A stretch of DNA of 64,000 bases from Lachnospiraceae bacterium (lineage in GTDB: Bacteria > Bacillota > Clostridia > Lachnospirales > Lachnospiraceae), in contig JBJFFP010000082.1 in assembly GCA_051891855.1 (NCBI GenBank), positions 12,078 to 76,077 on the forward strand, read 5' to 3'. Under the pieces are notes generated by a model, which saw only the letters and a program-made list of their open reading frames with translations, had not been told where the DNA came from and searched no databases. The position numbers were made by a program, and so were the translations under genes. This document shows, piece by piece, positions 25,794 through 35,719 of this stretch. Position 1 is the first letter of the stretch. Every line of letters starts with the position of its first letter.

Positions 25794-27248
25794 ATGAGAT
25801 GTTATAACTGTGGTTGTGATTTGACAGGACATAATTTCTGTACAAATTGCAAGGTAGACGTAACAAACTATAAGCTTGTCGTCAGTGCATCCAATCTGTT
25901 TTACAATGATGGTTTGGAGAAAGCCAGGGTACGGGATCTTACCGGTGCCGTTTCCAGTCTGCGTCAATGCTTAAAGCTGAATAAGAACCATGTGGATGCC
26001 AGAAACCTTTTAGGACTGGTGTATTTTGAATTGGGAGAATCGGTCCAGGCCTTGAATGAGTGGGTGATCAGTAAGAATCTGCAAGCAAAAAAGAATGTGG
26101 CAGATGATTATCTGAATCTGATTCAGAGCAATCCAGGAAAGCTGGATGCTCTAAATGCAACCATTAAGAAATTCAATCAGGCTTTGACCTATTGCTATCA
26201 GGGAAGCCTGGATTTGGCAGTGATTCAGCTAAAGAAGGTTTTGTCCATGAATCCCAAATATTTGCAGGCCCATCAATTGCTGGCACTTCTTTATCTGCAG
26301 AGTGAGGAATGGACCAAAGCACGTAAGGAGCTGGACAGGTGCCTGAAAATTGATATTAATAATACCATAGCTTTACGTTATACCCAGGAAATCGACCAGA
26401 TTCTGGGAGAGAATGGAGCTTCCGGCATATCAGGAAACGGTGGAGGTAAGAGTAGAGCCAAAATTAAGGAATCAGGAACAAAAAGCAAAAGCGTCAGTGA
26501 AGAGGCCTATCAGTATCAGAGCGGCAACGAAACGATTATTCAGCCTTACAAGGTTTCGGAAAGACGGGCAGCAGCTTCCATTGGGAATCTGATTATCGGT
26601 ATCTGCATAGGACTTGCCGTAGCCTGGTTTTTGATCCTGCCGGCCAGAATCCAGAATGCAAAGGCCGGTGTAAACGAAGAGATGAAGGCGGTCAGTGAGC
26701 AGCTGGATGTGAAATCGGCTACCATCAGTGAGCTGGAGAGTAAGGTGAAGGTGCTGGAAAGTGAGAAGCAGAAGCTGGAAGGACAGCTGGAGGGCTTCGT
26801 GGGCACAGGAGGCACTCTGGAGGATGTGAATAATCTGCTTCAGGCAGTAAGAATTTATATGGAGACACCGAATGAAACGGTAAAAATCGGTGAGTATCTG
26901 GAAAAAATCAATCCGGAATCGGTGAGTGAAGGCTCGTCAGAATCCTTTACGACACTCTATGATCTGTTGATTAAAGAGGTGGGTCCCCGGATAGGAACCC
27001 AGTATTATGAAGATGGTATGGATGCTTACCAAAGTGGAAATTATCAGCGGGCTATAGACGAACTGACCAGAGCGGTGACTTATGATGAGACCAATTCAGA
27101 TGCACTGTTTAATCTGGGCAATGCCTATCGTAAGCTGGAAAGAGATGAGGAGGCAATTCAGGTTTATGAGAGGGTGATTGAGCTCTTTCCGACTACGGAA
27201 AAGGCAAATCGAGCCCAGTCCTATATTAATGAATTAACAGTTGAATAA
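25794..27248 (+). CDS. Zinc-ribbon / TPR-repeat membrane-anchored protein
   Basis: 484 aa. N-terminal CxxC...CxxC (MRCYNCGCDLTGHNFCTNC), TPR repeats on both sides of one TM helix (IGNLIIGICIGLAVAWFLIL), and a coiled coil. Confidence 0.7.
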   Translation: MRCYNCGCDLTGHNFCTNCKVDVTNYKLVVSASNLFYNDGLEKARVRDLTGAVSSLRQCLKLNKNHVDARNLLGLVYFELGESVQALNEWVISKNLQAKKNVADDYLNLIQSNPGKLDALNATIKKFNQALTYCYQGSLDLAVIQLKKVLSMNPKYLQAHQLLALLYLQSEEWTKARKELDRCLKIDINNTIALRYTQEIDQILGENGASGISGNGGGKSRAKIKESGTKSKSVSEEAYQYQSGNETIIQPYKVSERRAAASIGNLIIGICIGLAVAWFLILPARIQNAKAGVNEEMKAVSEQLDVKSATISELESKVKVLESEKQKLEGQLEGFVGTGGTLEDVNNLLQAVRIYMETPNETVKIGEYLEKINPESVSEGSSESFTTLYDLLIKEVGPRIGTQYYEDGMDAYQSGNYQRAIDELTRAVTYDETNSDALFNLGNAYRKLERDEEAIQVYERVIELFPTTEKANRAQSYINELTVE

Positions 27249-27263
27249 AAGCAGGGTACAAAA

Positions 27264-27294
27264 GAGAGTCGGGAAGAAAACCGGCTCTTTTTTA
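27264..27294 (+). terminator. Rho-independent terminator
   Basis: GAGTCGG (27266-27272) pairs with CCGGCTC (27281-27287), including one G-U pair, followed by TTTTTT. Confidence 0.65.
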
Positions 27295-27314
27295 TGATGA
27301 AAGGGAGGGAAAGT

Positions 27315-27638
27315 ATGGAACAGCAGCAGTACAAGGTAATTGATGACTATCTTTGCATTAAAATGCCCAGAGAGATTGATCATCATAATGCGGAAATCAT
27401 CAGCCGTAATGCAGACCGATTTATCTGTGGCAGGCAGATAAATCATATTGTATTTGATTTTGAGGAAACGGATTTTATGGACAGCTCGGGTATAGGAATT
27501 ATTGCGGGGAGGTATAAGAAACTCAGTATTTTCGGAGGTCAGGTCTATGTGGTTAATGCAGGAAGTCAGGTGAAAAGAATCCTGCTGTTGTCGGGGCTGC
27601 AAAAATATGTTGTCTGGATGAAGAAGGAAAAACACTGA
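27315..27638 (+). CDS. spoIIAA: Anti-sigma-F factor antagonist (STAS domain)
   Basis: STAS domain with the phosphorylatable-Ser context [18 protein letters not shown] precedes the ATG. First gene of the spoIIA operon. Confidence 0.85.
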   Translation: MEQQQYKVIDDYLCIKMPREIDHHNAEIISRNADRFICGRQINHIVFDFEETDFMDSSGIGIIAGRYKKLSIFGGQVYVVNAGSQVKRILLLSGLQKYVVWMKKEKH

Positions 27639-27660
27639 GTCTCGGGAAAGGAGAAAAGAC

Positions 27661-28125
27661 ATGGAAACCAGAGGAAAAATAAGAACTGAAAATCAAATGA
27701 AGCTTACCTTTGATGCCAAATCGGAAAATGAGAGTCTGGCCAGAGTTGCCGTGGCGGCGTTTATCACCCACCTGGATCCCACACTGGAGGAAATGGCCGA
27801 TGTGAAGACTGCGGTAAGTGAGGCAGTAACCAATGCCATTATTCATGGCTATGAGGAGGGAGAGGGGACGGTATACATAAGCTGTAGGCTGCAGGGAGAT
27901 CTGTTGGAAGTAAAAGTAGAGGATGAAGGCAGGGGAATCGAGGATATTGATCGTGCCCTGGAGCCTCTTTTTACCACAAAGCCGGAAAAGGAACGCTCCG
28001 GAATGGGATTTTCCTTTATGGAGGCCTTTATGGATGAGCTGGAGGTGATATCAGCTCCCGGAGAGGGAACCTGTGTAATGATGAAAAAAAAGCTGGGCAC
28101 CGGTGGTTGGTTTGAGGTGGAATAG
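27661..28125 (+). CDS. spoIIAB: Anti-sigma-F factor (serine protein kinase)
   Basis: [42 protein letters not shown] closely parallels B. subtilis SpoIIAB. G-box SGMGF. Confidence 0.9.
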   Translation: METRGKIRTENQMKLTFDAKSENESLARVAVAAFITHLDPTLEEMADVKTAVSEAVTNAIIHGYEEGEGTVYISCRLQGDLLEVKVEDEGRGIEDIDRALEPLFTTKPEKERSGMGFSFMEAFMDELEVISAPGEGTCVMMKKKLGTGGWFEVE

Positions 28126-28136
28126 CCTGATGCAGA

Positions 28137-28940
28137 ATGGAGGAAAGGATGGAGGAAAGCACAGTACTGATTGAGCGTTTACAGGCAGGGGATAAAGAGG
28201 CGAGAGAGGTACTGATTGAGAAAAATCTGGGGCTGGTACATCATATTGTCAAGCGCTTTTCGGGCAGAGGAGTGGATATGGAGGATTTATTTCAGATTGG
28301 AACCATCGGTCTGATGAAGGCTATTGACAAGTTCGATCTTTCTTTTGGAGTAAAATTTTCCACCTATGCCGTTCCCCTTATCAGCGGGGAAATTAAGCGT
28401 TTCCTAAGGGATGACGGACTGGTAAAGGTGAGCAGAAGCCTGAAGGAAAACGGCTGGAAGGTCAATCGTGCCTTGGAACAGCAGAAGCGGGAAAAGGGTA
28501 CGGATATGACTTTGGAAGAGCTGGTGAAAGCAACAGGACTTAACCGGGAAGAAATTGTTATGGCAATGGAGGCCAATATTCAGGTTGAGTCTCTTTATAA
28601 ATCCGTTTATCAGTCGGATGGAAGTGAAATTTATCTGGTGGATCAGGTAGTAGCCGGAGGTGGAGGAAGTGGTCTGGGAAGAGAGATAAATCATTCAGGT
28701 GAAGGAAGGATGAATTGCTCAGGTACAGGTGAAGACAGGGAGAAGGAGGAGCTTCTGAATCGGATTTTATTGGAGCAGCTTTTGGAAAATCTGGGTGATT
28801 CAGAAAGAAATTTAATAAAAATGCGCTATTTTGAGAATATGACACAGGTACAAGTGGCAAGAATATTAGGGATAAGCCAGGTGCAGGTGTCACGGACGGA
28901 AAAAAAGATCCTTCAGGGCATGCGAAAAAGCCTGGAATGA
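28137..28940 (+). CDS. sigF: Sporulation sigma factor SigF
   Basis: Region 2 (FSTYAVPLISGEIKRFLRDDG) and region 4 (QVARILGISQVQVSRTEKKIL). Third gene of the spoIIA operon. Carries a Gly/Ser-rich insertion at about nt 28650-28745. Confidence 0.9.
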   Translation: MEERMEESTVLIERLQAGDKEAREVLIEKNLGLVHHIVKRFSGRGVDMEDLFQIGTIGLMKAIDKFDLSFGVKFSTYAVPLISGEIKRFLRDDGLVKVSRSLKENGWKVNRALEQQKREKGTDMTLEELVKATGLNREEIVMAMEANIQVESLYKSVYQSDGSEIYLVDQVVAGGGGSGLGREINHSGEGRMNCSGTGEDREKEELLNRILLEQLLENLGDSERNLIKMRYFENMTQVQVARILGISQVQVSRTEKKILQGMRKSLE

Positions 28941-28953
28941 AAAGGAGCTTGTT

Positions 28954-29583
28954 ATGGCAGATTTGACCGTCTATTTAAAAATGGATACAAAAGTAAAAAC
29001 GGCAAAGGAGGTGGTCACGATTTCCGATCTGGGTACCGTTTATTGTCAGGATACCCATATCACCAATAAAATAAAGCCGATTAAGGTATATGGCTTTCGT
29101 ATGCAGGATAAGGGACGATGTATAATCAGTGCCCTTAAGGTAACGGAATTAATCTATGGCTGCTGTCCCAACTGCAGTGTAGACATCATTGGAGCAACGG
29201 AGATTATTGTGGAGCAGGTTAAGCCGGGAGGAGACAGTAAGTGGAAAACATGGCTGAAGGTGGCAGTGGTATCCGGTCTGTGCTTTTTTGGGACCATGTA
29301 TACCATCATGGCCTATCACAATGATATTAACATTACCCAGCTGTTTGAACAGGTTTATAAGCTGGTACTGGGAGAGGCAAAAAACGGCTTTACGGTTATG
29401 GAGGCCACCTATTCCCTGGGGCTTTCCCTAGGAATTATTATTTTCTATAATCATATCGGGAAACGAAGAATCACCAAGGATCCCAGCCCTGTAGAGGTGG
29501 AAATGCGAGCCTATGCAGATGACATTAATACTGCATTGGTGGAAATTGCTAACAGGGAGGAAAAGACCATTGATGTTTCTTAA
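28954..29583 (+). CDS. spoVAA: Stage V sporulation protein AA
   Basis: 209 aa. Soluble N-terminal half and two C-terminal TM helices. Positioned directly after sigF, as in Bacillus. Confidence 0.75.
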   Translation: MADLTVYLKMDTKVKTAKEVVTISDLGTVYCQDTHITNKIKPIKVYGFRMQDKGRCIISALKVTELIYGCCPNCSVDIIGATEIIVEQVKPGGDSKWKTWLKVAVVSGLCFFGTMYTIMAYHNDINITQLFEQVYKLVLGEAKNGFTVMEATYSLGLSLGIIIFYNHIGKRRITKDPSPVEVEMRAYADDINTALVEIANREEKTIDVS

Positions 29584-30004
29584 ACAAATTCTTCTTGCCA
29601 TATTCACTCTGGGCTTTGGCCTCCTTTCATCAGGAGGAGTCTTTACTGTATTTGTATCTGTAGGACTGGTTCCTCACTTTGCGGACAAGACCCATACCGC
29701 GGCCTATATCATGCACTATGAAAATGCCATTGTGGCAGGAACCATTTTGGGCTGTATTTTCAGCATTTATGCCGAAGGGCTGAGTTCTGACTTTGGTACA
29801 GCGGGAAATCTTCTTCTTGGAATATTCGGTATATTTGCAGGTATGTTTGTAGGCTGCTTTGCCATTGCCATAGCAGAAATGCTCAATTCCATTCCTATTT
29901 TTTTCAGAAGGATCAATCTGGGAAAGGGAGCGGGAATTATCCTTCTGTCCCTGGCTCTGGGAAAGACCTTCGGTTCACTTCTCTATTTTATTAAGGGATG
30001 GTAA
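29573..30004 (+). CDS. spoVAB: Stage V sporulation protein AB
   Basis: 143-aa polytopic membrane protein. ATG at 29573 overlaps the spoVAA stop. Synteny supports the call. Confidence 0.75.
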   Translation: MFLKQILLAIFTLGFGLLSSGGVFTVFVSVGLVPHFADKTHTAAYIMHYENAIVAGTILGCIFSIYAEGLSSDFGTAGNLLLGIFGIFAGMFVGCFAIAIAEMLNSIPIFFRRINLGKGAGIILLSLALGKTFGSLLYFIKGW

Positions 30005-30028
30005 AAGAGAGGAAAGAAAGCTTATAGA

Positions 30029-30058
30029 GAATATTTTTTTGAAAAAATTGACATAATA
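30029..30058 (+). promoter_or_regulatory. Sigma-G/sigma-F-type forespore promoter candidate upstream of spoVAC
   Basis: GAATA (30029-30033), 18-bp spacer, CATAATA (30052-30058). This fits the Bacillus sigma-G consensus GHATR-N17/18-CATNNTA. Confidence 0.4.
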
Positions 30059-30125
30059 ATCCTCAGGTATATCGCAGACTTTATGGTGATATGGACTAAT
30101 CCTATGGAAGGAAAGGGGAGATACA

Positions 30126-30614
30126 ATGGGACAGAATAGGAAGGGAAAGCAGCCCGTAACAGAGCAGGAAAAGCAGAAATATCAGGAGTATGTTAAGGAA
30201 ATGACTCCCACGCATAATTTAGGAATGCAGATGTTCAATGCCTTTATCTGCGGAGGAATCATCTGTCTGATTGGGCAGATCATTTTAAATTATTGTTTAA
30301 ATACGTTGGGAATGGAAGAGGAGACGGCAGCCAGCTGGTGCTCCCTGCTGCTGATTTTACTGTCGGTAGTTCTGACTGCTCTTCATCTTTACGGAAAAAT
30401 CGTAAAATGGGGAGGAGCAGGTGCTCTGGTACCCATTACCGGTTTTGCCAATTCTGTGGCAGCCACGGCTATTGAATTTAAAGCCGAGGGATGGGTTTTT
30501 GGCGTAGGCAGTAAAATTTTTACCATTGCCGGACCAGTGATTTTGTACGGCATTGTCTCAAGCTGGGTATTGGGACTGATTTATTGGATAATGAAATGTA
30601 TGGGAGCGGCATAA
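30126..30614 (+). CDS. spoVAC: Stage V sporulation protein AC
   Basis: 162 aa. FICGGIICLIGQ and GAGALVPITGFANSV match SpoVAC signature segments. Confidence 0.85.
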   Translation: MGQNRKGKQPVTEQEKQKYQEYVKEMTPTHNLGMQMFNAFICGGIICLIGQIILNYCLNTLGMEEETAASWCSLLLILLSVVLTALHLYGKIVKWGGAGALVPITGFANSVAATAIEFKAEGWVFGVGSKIFTIAGPVILYGIVSSWVLGLIYWIMKCMGAA

Positions 30615-30623
30615 GCTGCTCCC
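30602..30623. terminator. Hairpin between convergent genes (weak terminator candidate)
   Basis: GGGAGCGGC and GCTGCTCCC form a 9-bp stem with one G-U pair and loop ATAA. It overlaps the spoVAC stop. The U tract is poor. Confidence 0.4.
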
Positions 30624-30672
30624 ATCGTTTATATTCTCCATAGTCTACACCGGATGCAGGGCTGTCCTGTCC

Positions 30673-31029
30673 TTACCGGGAGTGTACATCTCCCAGCGAT
30701 TTCTGCTCATTCTTGATTTCCCAGTGAATCAAAAAGGTAAGAAGGCCGCGAAGGAGGATGACGGCTCCCAGGATTCCCAGCTCTGACCAGTCCCGCACAA
30801 CCACAGTACGAAGTACCTCACTTCCCATCTTAAATTCCAGAGAAAGAGCAATTCCTTCGGCCAGATTGAGCCGCAAATGGGAGTCCTTATTTATCCACTG
30901 AATAAAGCATTTTATAGCGCTTATGACCAGAACAATTATACCGAACAGTTCAAGTAAAATCGTACAGATTTCTACTGTATAGGTCAGGCCGGAGTCAATA
31001 AAATGTAGAAAAGAAATCATTTTTTTCAC
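30673..31029 (-). CDS. DUF1622 small membrane protein
   Basis: 118 aa with 3-4 TM helices. The LEFKMGSEVLRTVVV segment is typical of DUF1622. Confidence 0.65.
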   Translation of the reverse strand: MKKMISFLHFIDSGLTYTVEICTILLELFGIIVLVISAIKCFIQWINKDSHLRLNLAEGIALSLEFKMGSEVLRTVVVRDWSELGILGAVILLRGLLTFLIHWEIKNEQKSLGDVHSR

Positions 31030-31149
31030 TCTCCTTGATTAAAATTTGCATAGATAAAAAAAGAACAGTAAACACTGCCACTTTACTTATTTTAGTATAA
31101 CCGGTATTAAAAAAAATACAAGGTAAGGCGGAAAAAAGAAGGGAAATCC

Positions 31150-31178
31150 TTGCAAAAAAGTGTAACAGAGGATATGAT
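31150..31178 (+). promoter_or_regulatory. Sigma-A promoter candidate
   Basis: TTGCAA (31150-31155), 17-bp spacer, TATGAT (31173-31178). Confidence 0.5.
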
Positions 31179-31234
31179 AAGAACATGGGGGACTATAGCA
31201 AAATTTTGTAAAATAACGGAGAAGAGACATAAAA

Positions 31235-31591
31235 ATGAAAGTACAGTTTGTAGAATATCCGAAATGCTCAACCTGCCAGAAAGCGAAAAAATGGCTTGGG
31301 CTGCAGAAAATAGAATTTGAAGACAGACACATAAAAGAGAATCCGCCTTCTTATGAAGAACTGAAAGCATGGTATAAGCTCAGCGGCCTTCCCTTGAAAA
31401 AATTTTTTAACACCAGTGGACTTTTGTACAAGGAGATGGGGTTAAAGGACAAATTACCGAAAATGAGTGAAGAAGAGCAGCTTAAGCTTTTGTCCGGTGA
31501 CGGGATGCTGGTAAAGCGTCCTATTTTATGGAATGAAAATTTTGTTCTGGTGGGCTTTAATGAAGCCAAATGGAGTGATAAGCTGCTGTAG
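31235..31591 (+). CDS. ArsC/Spx-family thioredoxin-fold protein (CxxC)
   Basis: 118 aa. N-terminal CSTC motif (YPKCSTCQKAKKWL) and LVKRPIL near the C-terminus, as in the ArsC/Spx/YffB family. Confidence 0.75.
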   Translation: MKVQFVEYPKCSTCQKAKKWLGLQKIEFEDRHIKENPPSYEELKAWYKLSGLPLKKFFNTSGLLYKEMGLKDKLPKMSEEEQLKLLSGDGMLVKRPILWNENFVLVGFNEAKWSDKLL

Positions 31592-31637
31592 GCAGGTGAG
31601 GCTGGGATTACCTGAGAGGAAAGGAAGTGCCTTTTGT

Positions 31638-34262
31638 ATGAATTATAGATTGAAGCTTTATATTAATTCCATAGTGGATTTATATTCAGATATTGTGGCT
31701 GTAGATCTGGAAAATGGAGAATGCAAATACATTTATGTGGAAAATGGAATGGTGGAGGAACTGAAGGTTCCTTATACATGGGCTGAGGCTAAGATATTAC
31801 TTCTCAGCAATATACATCCTGATGACAGACAGAAGGTTTTGGATTCCTGGAATAAGCACATGGTGCCGGAGGCAGAGCCGGACAGTGCCTTTGCAGTTAC
31901 CTACAAATCCCTTTCAGGAGAGAGAGGCAGGGCAGCCAGTGAATGGAAGATGAATATCGCCGTCCAGGAAAGTGATGGACGAAAGCTGGCATTGATTTTC
32001 AGCAGAGACCATTCTATGGAAATGAAAGATAAGCTCCATCTGGATATAGAGGGGCATCGCGACAATCTGACCAGCCTTTATACACGGTTTAAGCTGGATG
32101 AGATGATTCGGACCGAATATCGAAAGCTGGAGTCCTGCGGAGTCTTGTATTTTGATATTAATGATTTTAAAAGTATAAAAGAGGTATATGGGAATAAGGA
32201 AGAGGAAGAGATTCTTGCCCATATTTCTGACAGCATTAAGGCTCTGGAGAATCCTAAGGTACTGGCATACCGCTATGGTAAGGATGATTTTATAGTGATA
32301 GCCAAAGATTACAGTAAGGATGCCTTTCGTAATCTGATTAATTTCTGGATGGACCGGTGGAAAAATCTGGCGGAGGGAAGACCTGTGGAATATACGGTTG
32401 CCATGGGAAATGCCTGGGACTGTGCCCCTGTATCGGTACAGGAGCTGATTGCCAAGGCAGAAGGCCATATGTTCCGCAACAAAAAATTGATGAAGTCGGG
32501 GATTCCCATGGACTATTACCTGCAGGAGGAAATTACATCATCCTATGGTCTTTTTGGGGGCAGTCAGTTTTTTAAAACGGTAGATTACAAACTGAAAAAT
32601 GTGTGGAATGGATACTGTCTGGTTGCCATTGATATTGAACACTTTAAGCTTTATAACAAGTGGTGGGGCAGACAGGCGGGAGATGAGTTTTTAGCAGATA
32701 TTGCCACGGTGCTGAAGGATTATGAGGAGCGGTTCGATGGTGTGGCAGCTTATATCGGCGGTGATAATTTTGCCATATTGCTTCCGGATAAGAATGAGAT
32801 CATCGAAGGGCTTACACAGAAGCTGACCATACTTGCCAATGAGAGGACCAGCAACGTGGGCTTTTTGCCTGCATTGGGGGTATATCACACCGGCGGCGAG
32901 AAAATGGAGGCAATGGTAATGTATGACCGGGCAACTGAGGCACAGGCTCATGTGTTCGGAAATTACGAGGAGCGCTGCTGCGTTTACGAAGAGAATATGA
33001 CTAAGGCAGTAGAGCAGGAATTGAATCTGATTATTGAGGCAAAGGAGGCTTTGGAAAGAAGGCAGTTCTTTCTGGTTTTACAGCCCAAATGCCGGATTAC
33101 TACGGGAAAAATCGTAGGTGCAGAAGCCCTGGTTCGCTGGCGTCATCCTGCGAAAGGGATGATTAGCCCCGGAGCTTTTATCCCTGTTTTGGAACGCAAT
33201 GGATTCATTACGGATGTGGATTTATTTGTCTGGGAGGAAGTTTGCAGAAAAATTCGCAGCTGGATGGATGAAGGAATTGAGCCCGTACCCATTTCCATTA
33301 ATGTATCCAGAATTGATATGCTGTCTATTGACGTGGCAAATGAGCTCAACCGTCTGGTTGCCAAATATGAAATAGAGAAAAAATACGTTAAGGTAGAAAT
33401 TACCGAGAGTGCATATGTAGATGATGCGGATCAGATTACGGAAACCGTGCAGAGACTGCAGCAGGCGGGCTTCATTCTCTTAATGGATGACTTTGGCAGC
33501 GGCTATTCTTCCTTAAATATGCTGCGCAATGTTGTGGTGGATATTATCAAAATCGACATGAAGTTTTTGGATATGGCCCATGACGATATGCAGAAGGGAC
33601 AGCAGATTTTAAAATCGGTAATCAATATGTCCAGAGAAATGAAGCTGCCCATTATCGTGGAAGGGGTAGAAACCCAGGAGCAGGCAGATTTCCTGAAAAA
33701 AATGAACGTTAAGTATGCCCAGGGCTTCTTGTTCTACCGTCCTATGGAGGTAACTGCTTTTACCGAGCTTCTTTCGGATGAGAATAAGGTAGACCATAAG
33801 GGAATAAATACGAACAAGATTGGTTCCGGACATTTCGGCAAAATGGTAGAGGGCCTGTTGGAGGAAAGGGAACGACAGGAAAAGAAGAATAGGTTTTCCA
33901 AAACTCCGGGAGGCTTCTTTTCCTATAATGCCTCCGGGGAGGGGAGCTTAACTGAAGTAGATAAGTCTATAGCCCATATGTTTGGGTGTAAATCAATTCC
34001 GGACTTTCTGGATTATGTGGGAAATACCTTTAAGGGTATGGTACATCCTGAGGATTGGGAAAGAGTGGAACATGAGATTAAGGAACAGATTGCTGATTCT
34101 GATTGGAAAATGGATTATGTGGAATACCGAATTATCCGCAAGGATGGCAGGATTCGCTATATAAAGAATTATGGCCATCTGGAGGAAGGAGAAGGAAAGG
34201 GAAATGACTTTTTTAGGGTATTTCTTTTGGATGTGACCAATGAGCTTCAAAATGAGTCATAA
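31638..34262 (+). CDS. Multidomain c-di-GMP signalling protein: two degenerate GGDEF domains, an EAL domain and a C-terminal PAS domain
   Basis: The GGDEF positions read YGKDDF and GGDNF. EAL-domain motifs appear intact (EALVRW, NVS, EITES, DDFGSGYSS, KIDMKF, EGVET, QGF). ATG at 31638 is preferred over the track start at 31533, which overlaps the arsC-like gene. Confidence 0.85.
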   Translation: MNYRLKLYINSIVDLYSDIVAVDLENGECKYIYVENGMVEELKVPYTWAEAKILLLSNIHPDDRQKVLDSWNKHMVPEAEPDSAFAVTYKSLSGERGRAASEWKMNIAVQESDGRKLALIFSRDHSMEMKDKLHLDIEGHRDNLTSLYTRFKLDEMIRTEYRKLESCGVLYFDINDFKSIKEVYGNKEEEEILAHISDSIKALENPKVLAYRYGKDDFIVIAKDYSKDAFRNLINFWMDRWKNLAEGRPVEYTVAMGNAWDCAPVSVQELIAKAEGHMFRNKKLMKSGIPMDYYLQEEITSSYGLFGGSQFFKTVDYKLKNVWNGYCLVAIDIEHFKLYNKWWGRQAGDEFLADIATVLKDYEERFDGVAAYIGGDNFAILLPDKNEIIEGLTQKLTILANERTSNVGFLPALGVYHTGGEKMEAMVMYDRATEAQAHVFGNYEERCCVYEENMTKAVEQELNLIIEAKEALERRQFFLVLQPKCRITTGKIVGAEALVRWRHPAKGMISPGAFIPVLERNGFITDVDLFVWEEVCRKIRSWMDEGIEPVPISINVSRIDMLSIDVANELNRLVAKYEIEKKYVKVEITESAYVDDADQITETVQRLQQAGFILLMDDFGSGYSSLNMLRNVVVDIIKIDMKFLDMAHDDMQKGQQILKSVINMSREMKLPIIVEGVETQEQADFLKKMNVKYAQGFLFYRPMEVTAFTELLSDENKVDHKGINTNKIGSGHFGKMVEGLLEERERQEKKNRFSKTPGGFFSYNASGEGSLTEVDKSIAHMFGCKSIPDFLDYVGNTFKGMVHPEDWERVEHEIKEQIADSDWKMDYVEYRIIRKDGRIRYIKNYGHLEEGEGKGNDFFRVFLLDVTNELQNES

Positions 34263-34339
34263 AAATACGTTTTCAAAAGCAATTTTCTTAGCCTGTAAAG
34301 GATATGCTTTATAGAAATGAGTGAAAGAGAGGAAATAAA

Positions 34340-35719
34340 ATGGAGAAAAAAAATATTCCTTACAAAATCTATCTGGAGGAGCATGAAATGCCCAGACAGT
34401 GGTACAATGTTCGGGCAGATATGAAGAAAAAACCGGCACCTTTATTAAATCCGGGAACTTTACAGCCCATGACTGCTAAGGAGCTGTCGCAGGTTTTCTG
34501 CCGGGAATTGGTGAATCAGGAAATGGATGAGGAAACACCGTATTTTCCCATTCCGGAGGAAATTCTTAATTTCTATCGGATGTATCGCCCCTCTCCGTTA
34601 GTCAGGGCATACTGTCTGGAGGAGAAGCTTCAGACCCCGGCCCATATTTACTATAAATTTGAGGGAAATAATACCTCCGGAAGCCATAAGCTTAATTCGG
34701 CTATTGCTCAGGCATATTATGCCAAAAAGGAAGGACTTAAAGGGGTTACTACGGAAACCGGTGCGGGACAGTGGGGAACGGCCCTTTCCATGGCCTGTTC
34801 TTATTTTGATCTGGATTGCCAGGTATATATGGTGAAATGCTCATATGAGCAAAAGCCCTTCCGTCGGGAGGTAATGAGAACCTATGGAGCAAAGGTTACT
34901 CCTTCTCCCTCCATGGAAACCAATATCGGACGGAAAATGAATGAAGAATTTCCCGGAACTACGGGAAGTCTGGGCTGCGCCATTTCTGAGGCAGTGGAAG
35001 CGGCCACCAGTCAGGAGGGCTATCGTTATGTGCTTGGCTCCGTTTTGGCCCAGGTACTTTTGCATCAGTCGGTAATCGGTCTGGAAACAAAGGCTGCATT
35101 GGATAAATATGGAATTAAGGCGGATATGATTATTGGCTGTGCAGGCGGCGGTTCCAATTTGGGCGGTTTGATTTCTCCCTTTGCCGGTGAGATTTTGCGT
35201 AAAGAGGCCAACTATCAGTTAATCGCAGTGGAACCGGCTTCCTGCCCATCCTTAACCAGAGGAAAATATGCCTATGATTTCTGTGATACCGGAAAGGTAT
35301 GTCCTTTACAGAAAATGTATACTCTGGGTAGCAGTTTTATTCCTTCTGCAAGCCATGCCGGCGGCCTTCGCTATCATGGGATGAGTGCCATTGTATCCGA
35401 GCTGTATGATCAGGGAATTTTAGAGGCAAGAAGTGTGGAGCAGACCTCCGTATTTGAGGCAGCACAGACTTTTGCCCGAATTGAAGGTATTTTACCGGCA
35501 CCGGAAAGCAGCCATGCAATCAAGGTGGCTATTGATGAGGCGCTAAAATGCAAGGAAACCGGAGAGCATAAGAATATCGTATTCGGCCTGACCGGGACCG
35601 GATATTTCGATATGTACGCTTACCAGAATTATAATGATGGTAAAATGAGAGACTATATTCCTACAGATGAAGAGATTGCCCGGGCATTAAGTAAACTGCC
35701 CCGGGTTGATATCGAATAA
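34340..35719 (+). CDS. TrpB-like PLP-dependent enzyme (long TrpB2-type tryptophan synthase beta)
   Basis: 459 aa. PLP-lysine context TSGSHKLNSA and glycine loop GCAGGGSNLGG. No trpA is adjacent. Confidence 0.85.
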   Translation: MEKKNIPYKIYLEEHEMPRQWYNVRADMKKKPAPLLNPGTLQPMTAKELSQVFCRELVNQEMDEETPYFPIPEEILNFYRMYRPSPLVRAYCLEEKLQTPAHIYYKFEGNNTSGSHKLNSAIAQAYYAKKEGLKGVTTETGAGQWGTALSMACSYFDLDCQVYMVKCSYEQKPFRREVMRTYGAKVTPSPSMETNIGRKMNEEFPGTTGSLGCAISEAVEAATSQEGYRYVLGSVLAQVLLHQSVIGLETKAALDKYGIKADMIIGCAGGGSNLGGLISPFAGEILRKEANYQLIAVEPASCPSLTRGKYAYDFCDTGKVCPLQKMYTLGSSFIPSASHAGGLRYHGMSAIVSELYDQGILEARSVEQTSVFEAAQTFARIEGILPAPESSHAIKVAIDEALKCKETGEHKNIVFGLTGTGYFDMYAYQNYNDGKMRDYIPTDEEIARALSKLPRVDIE

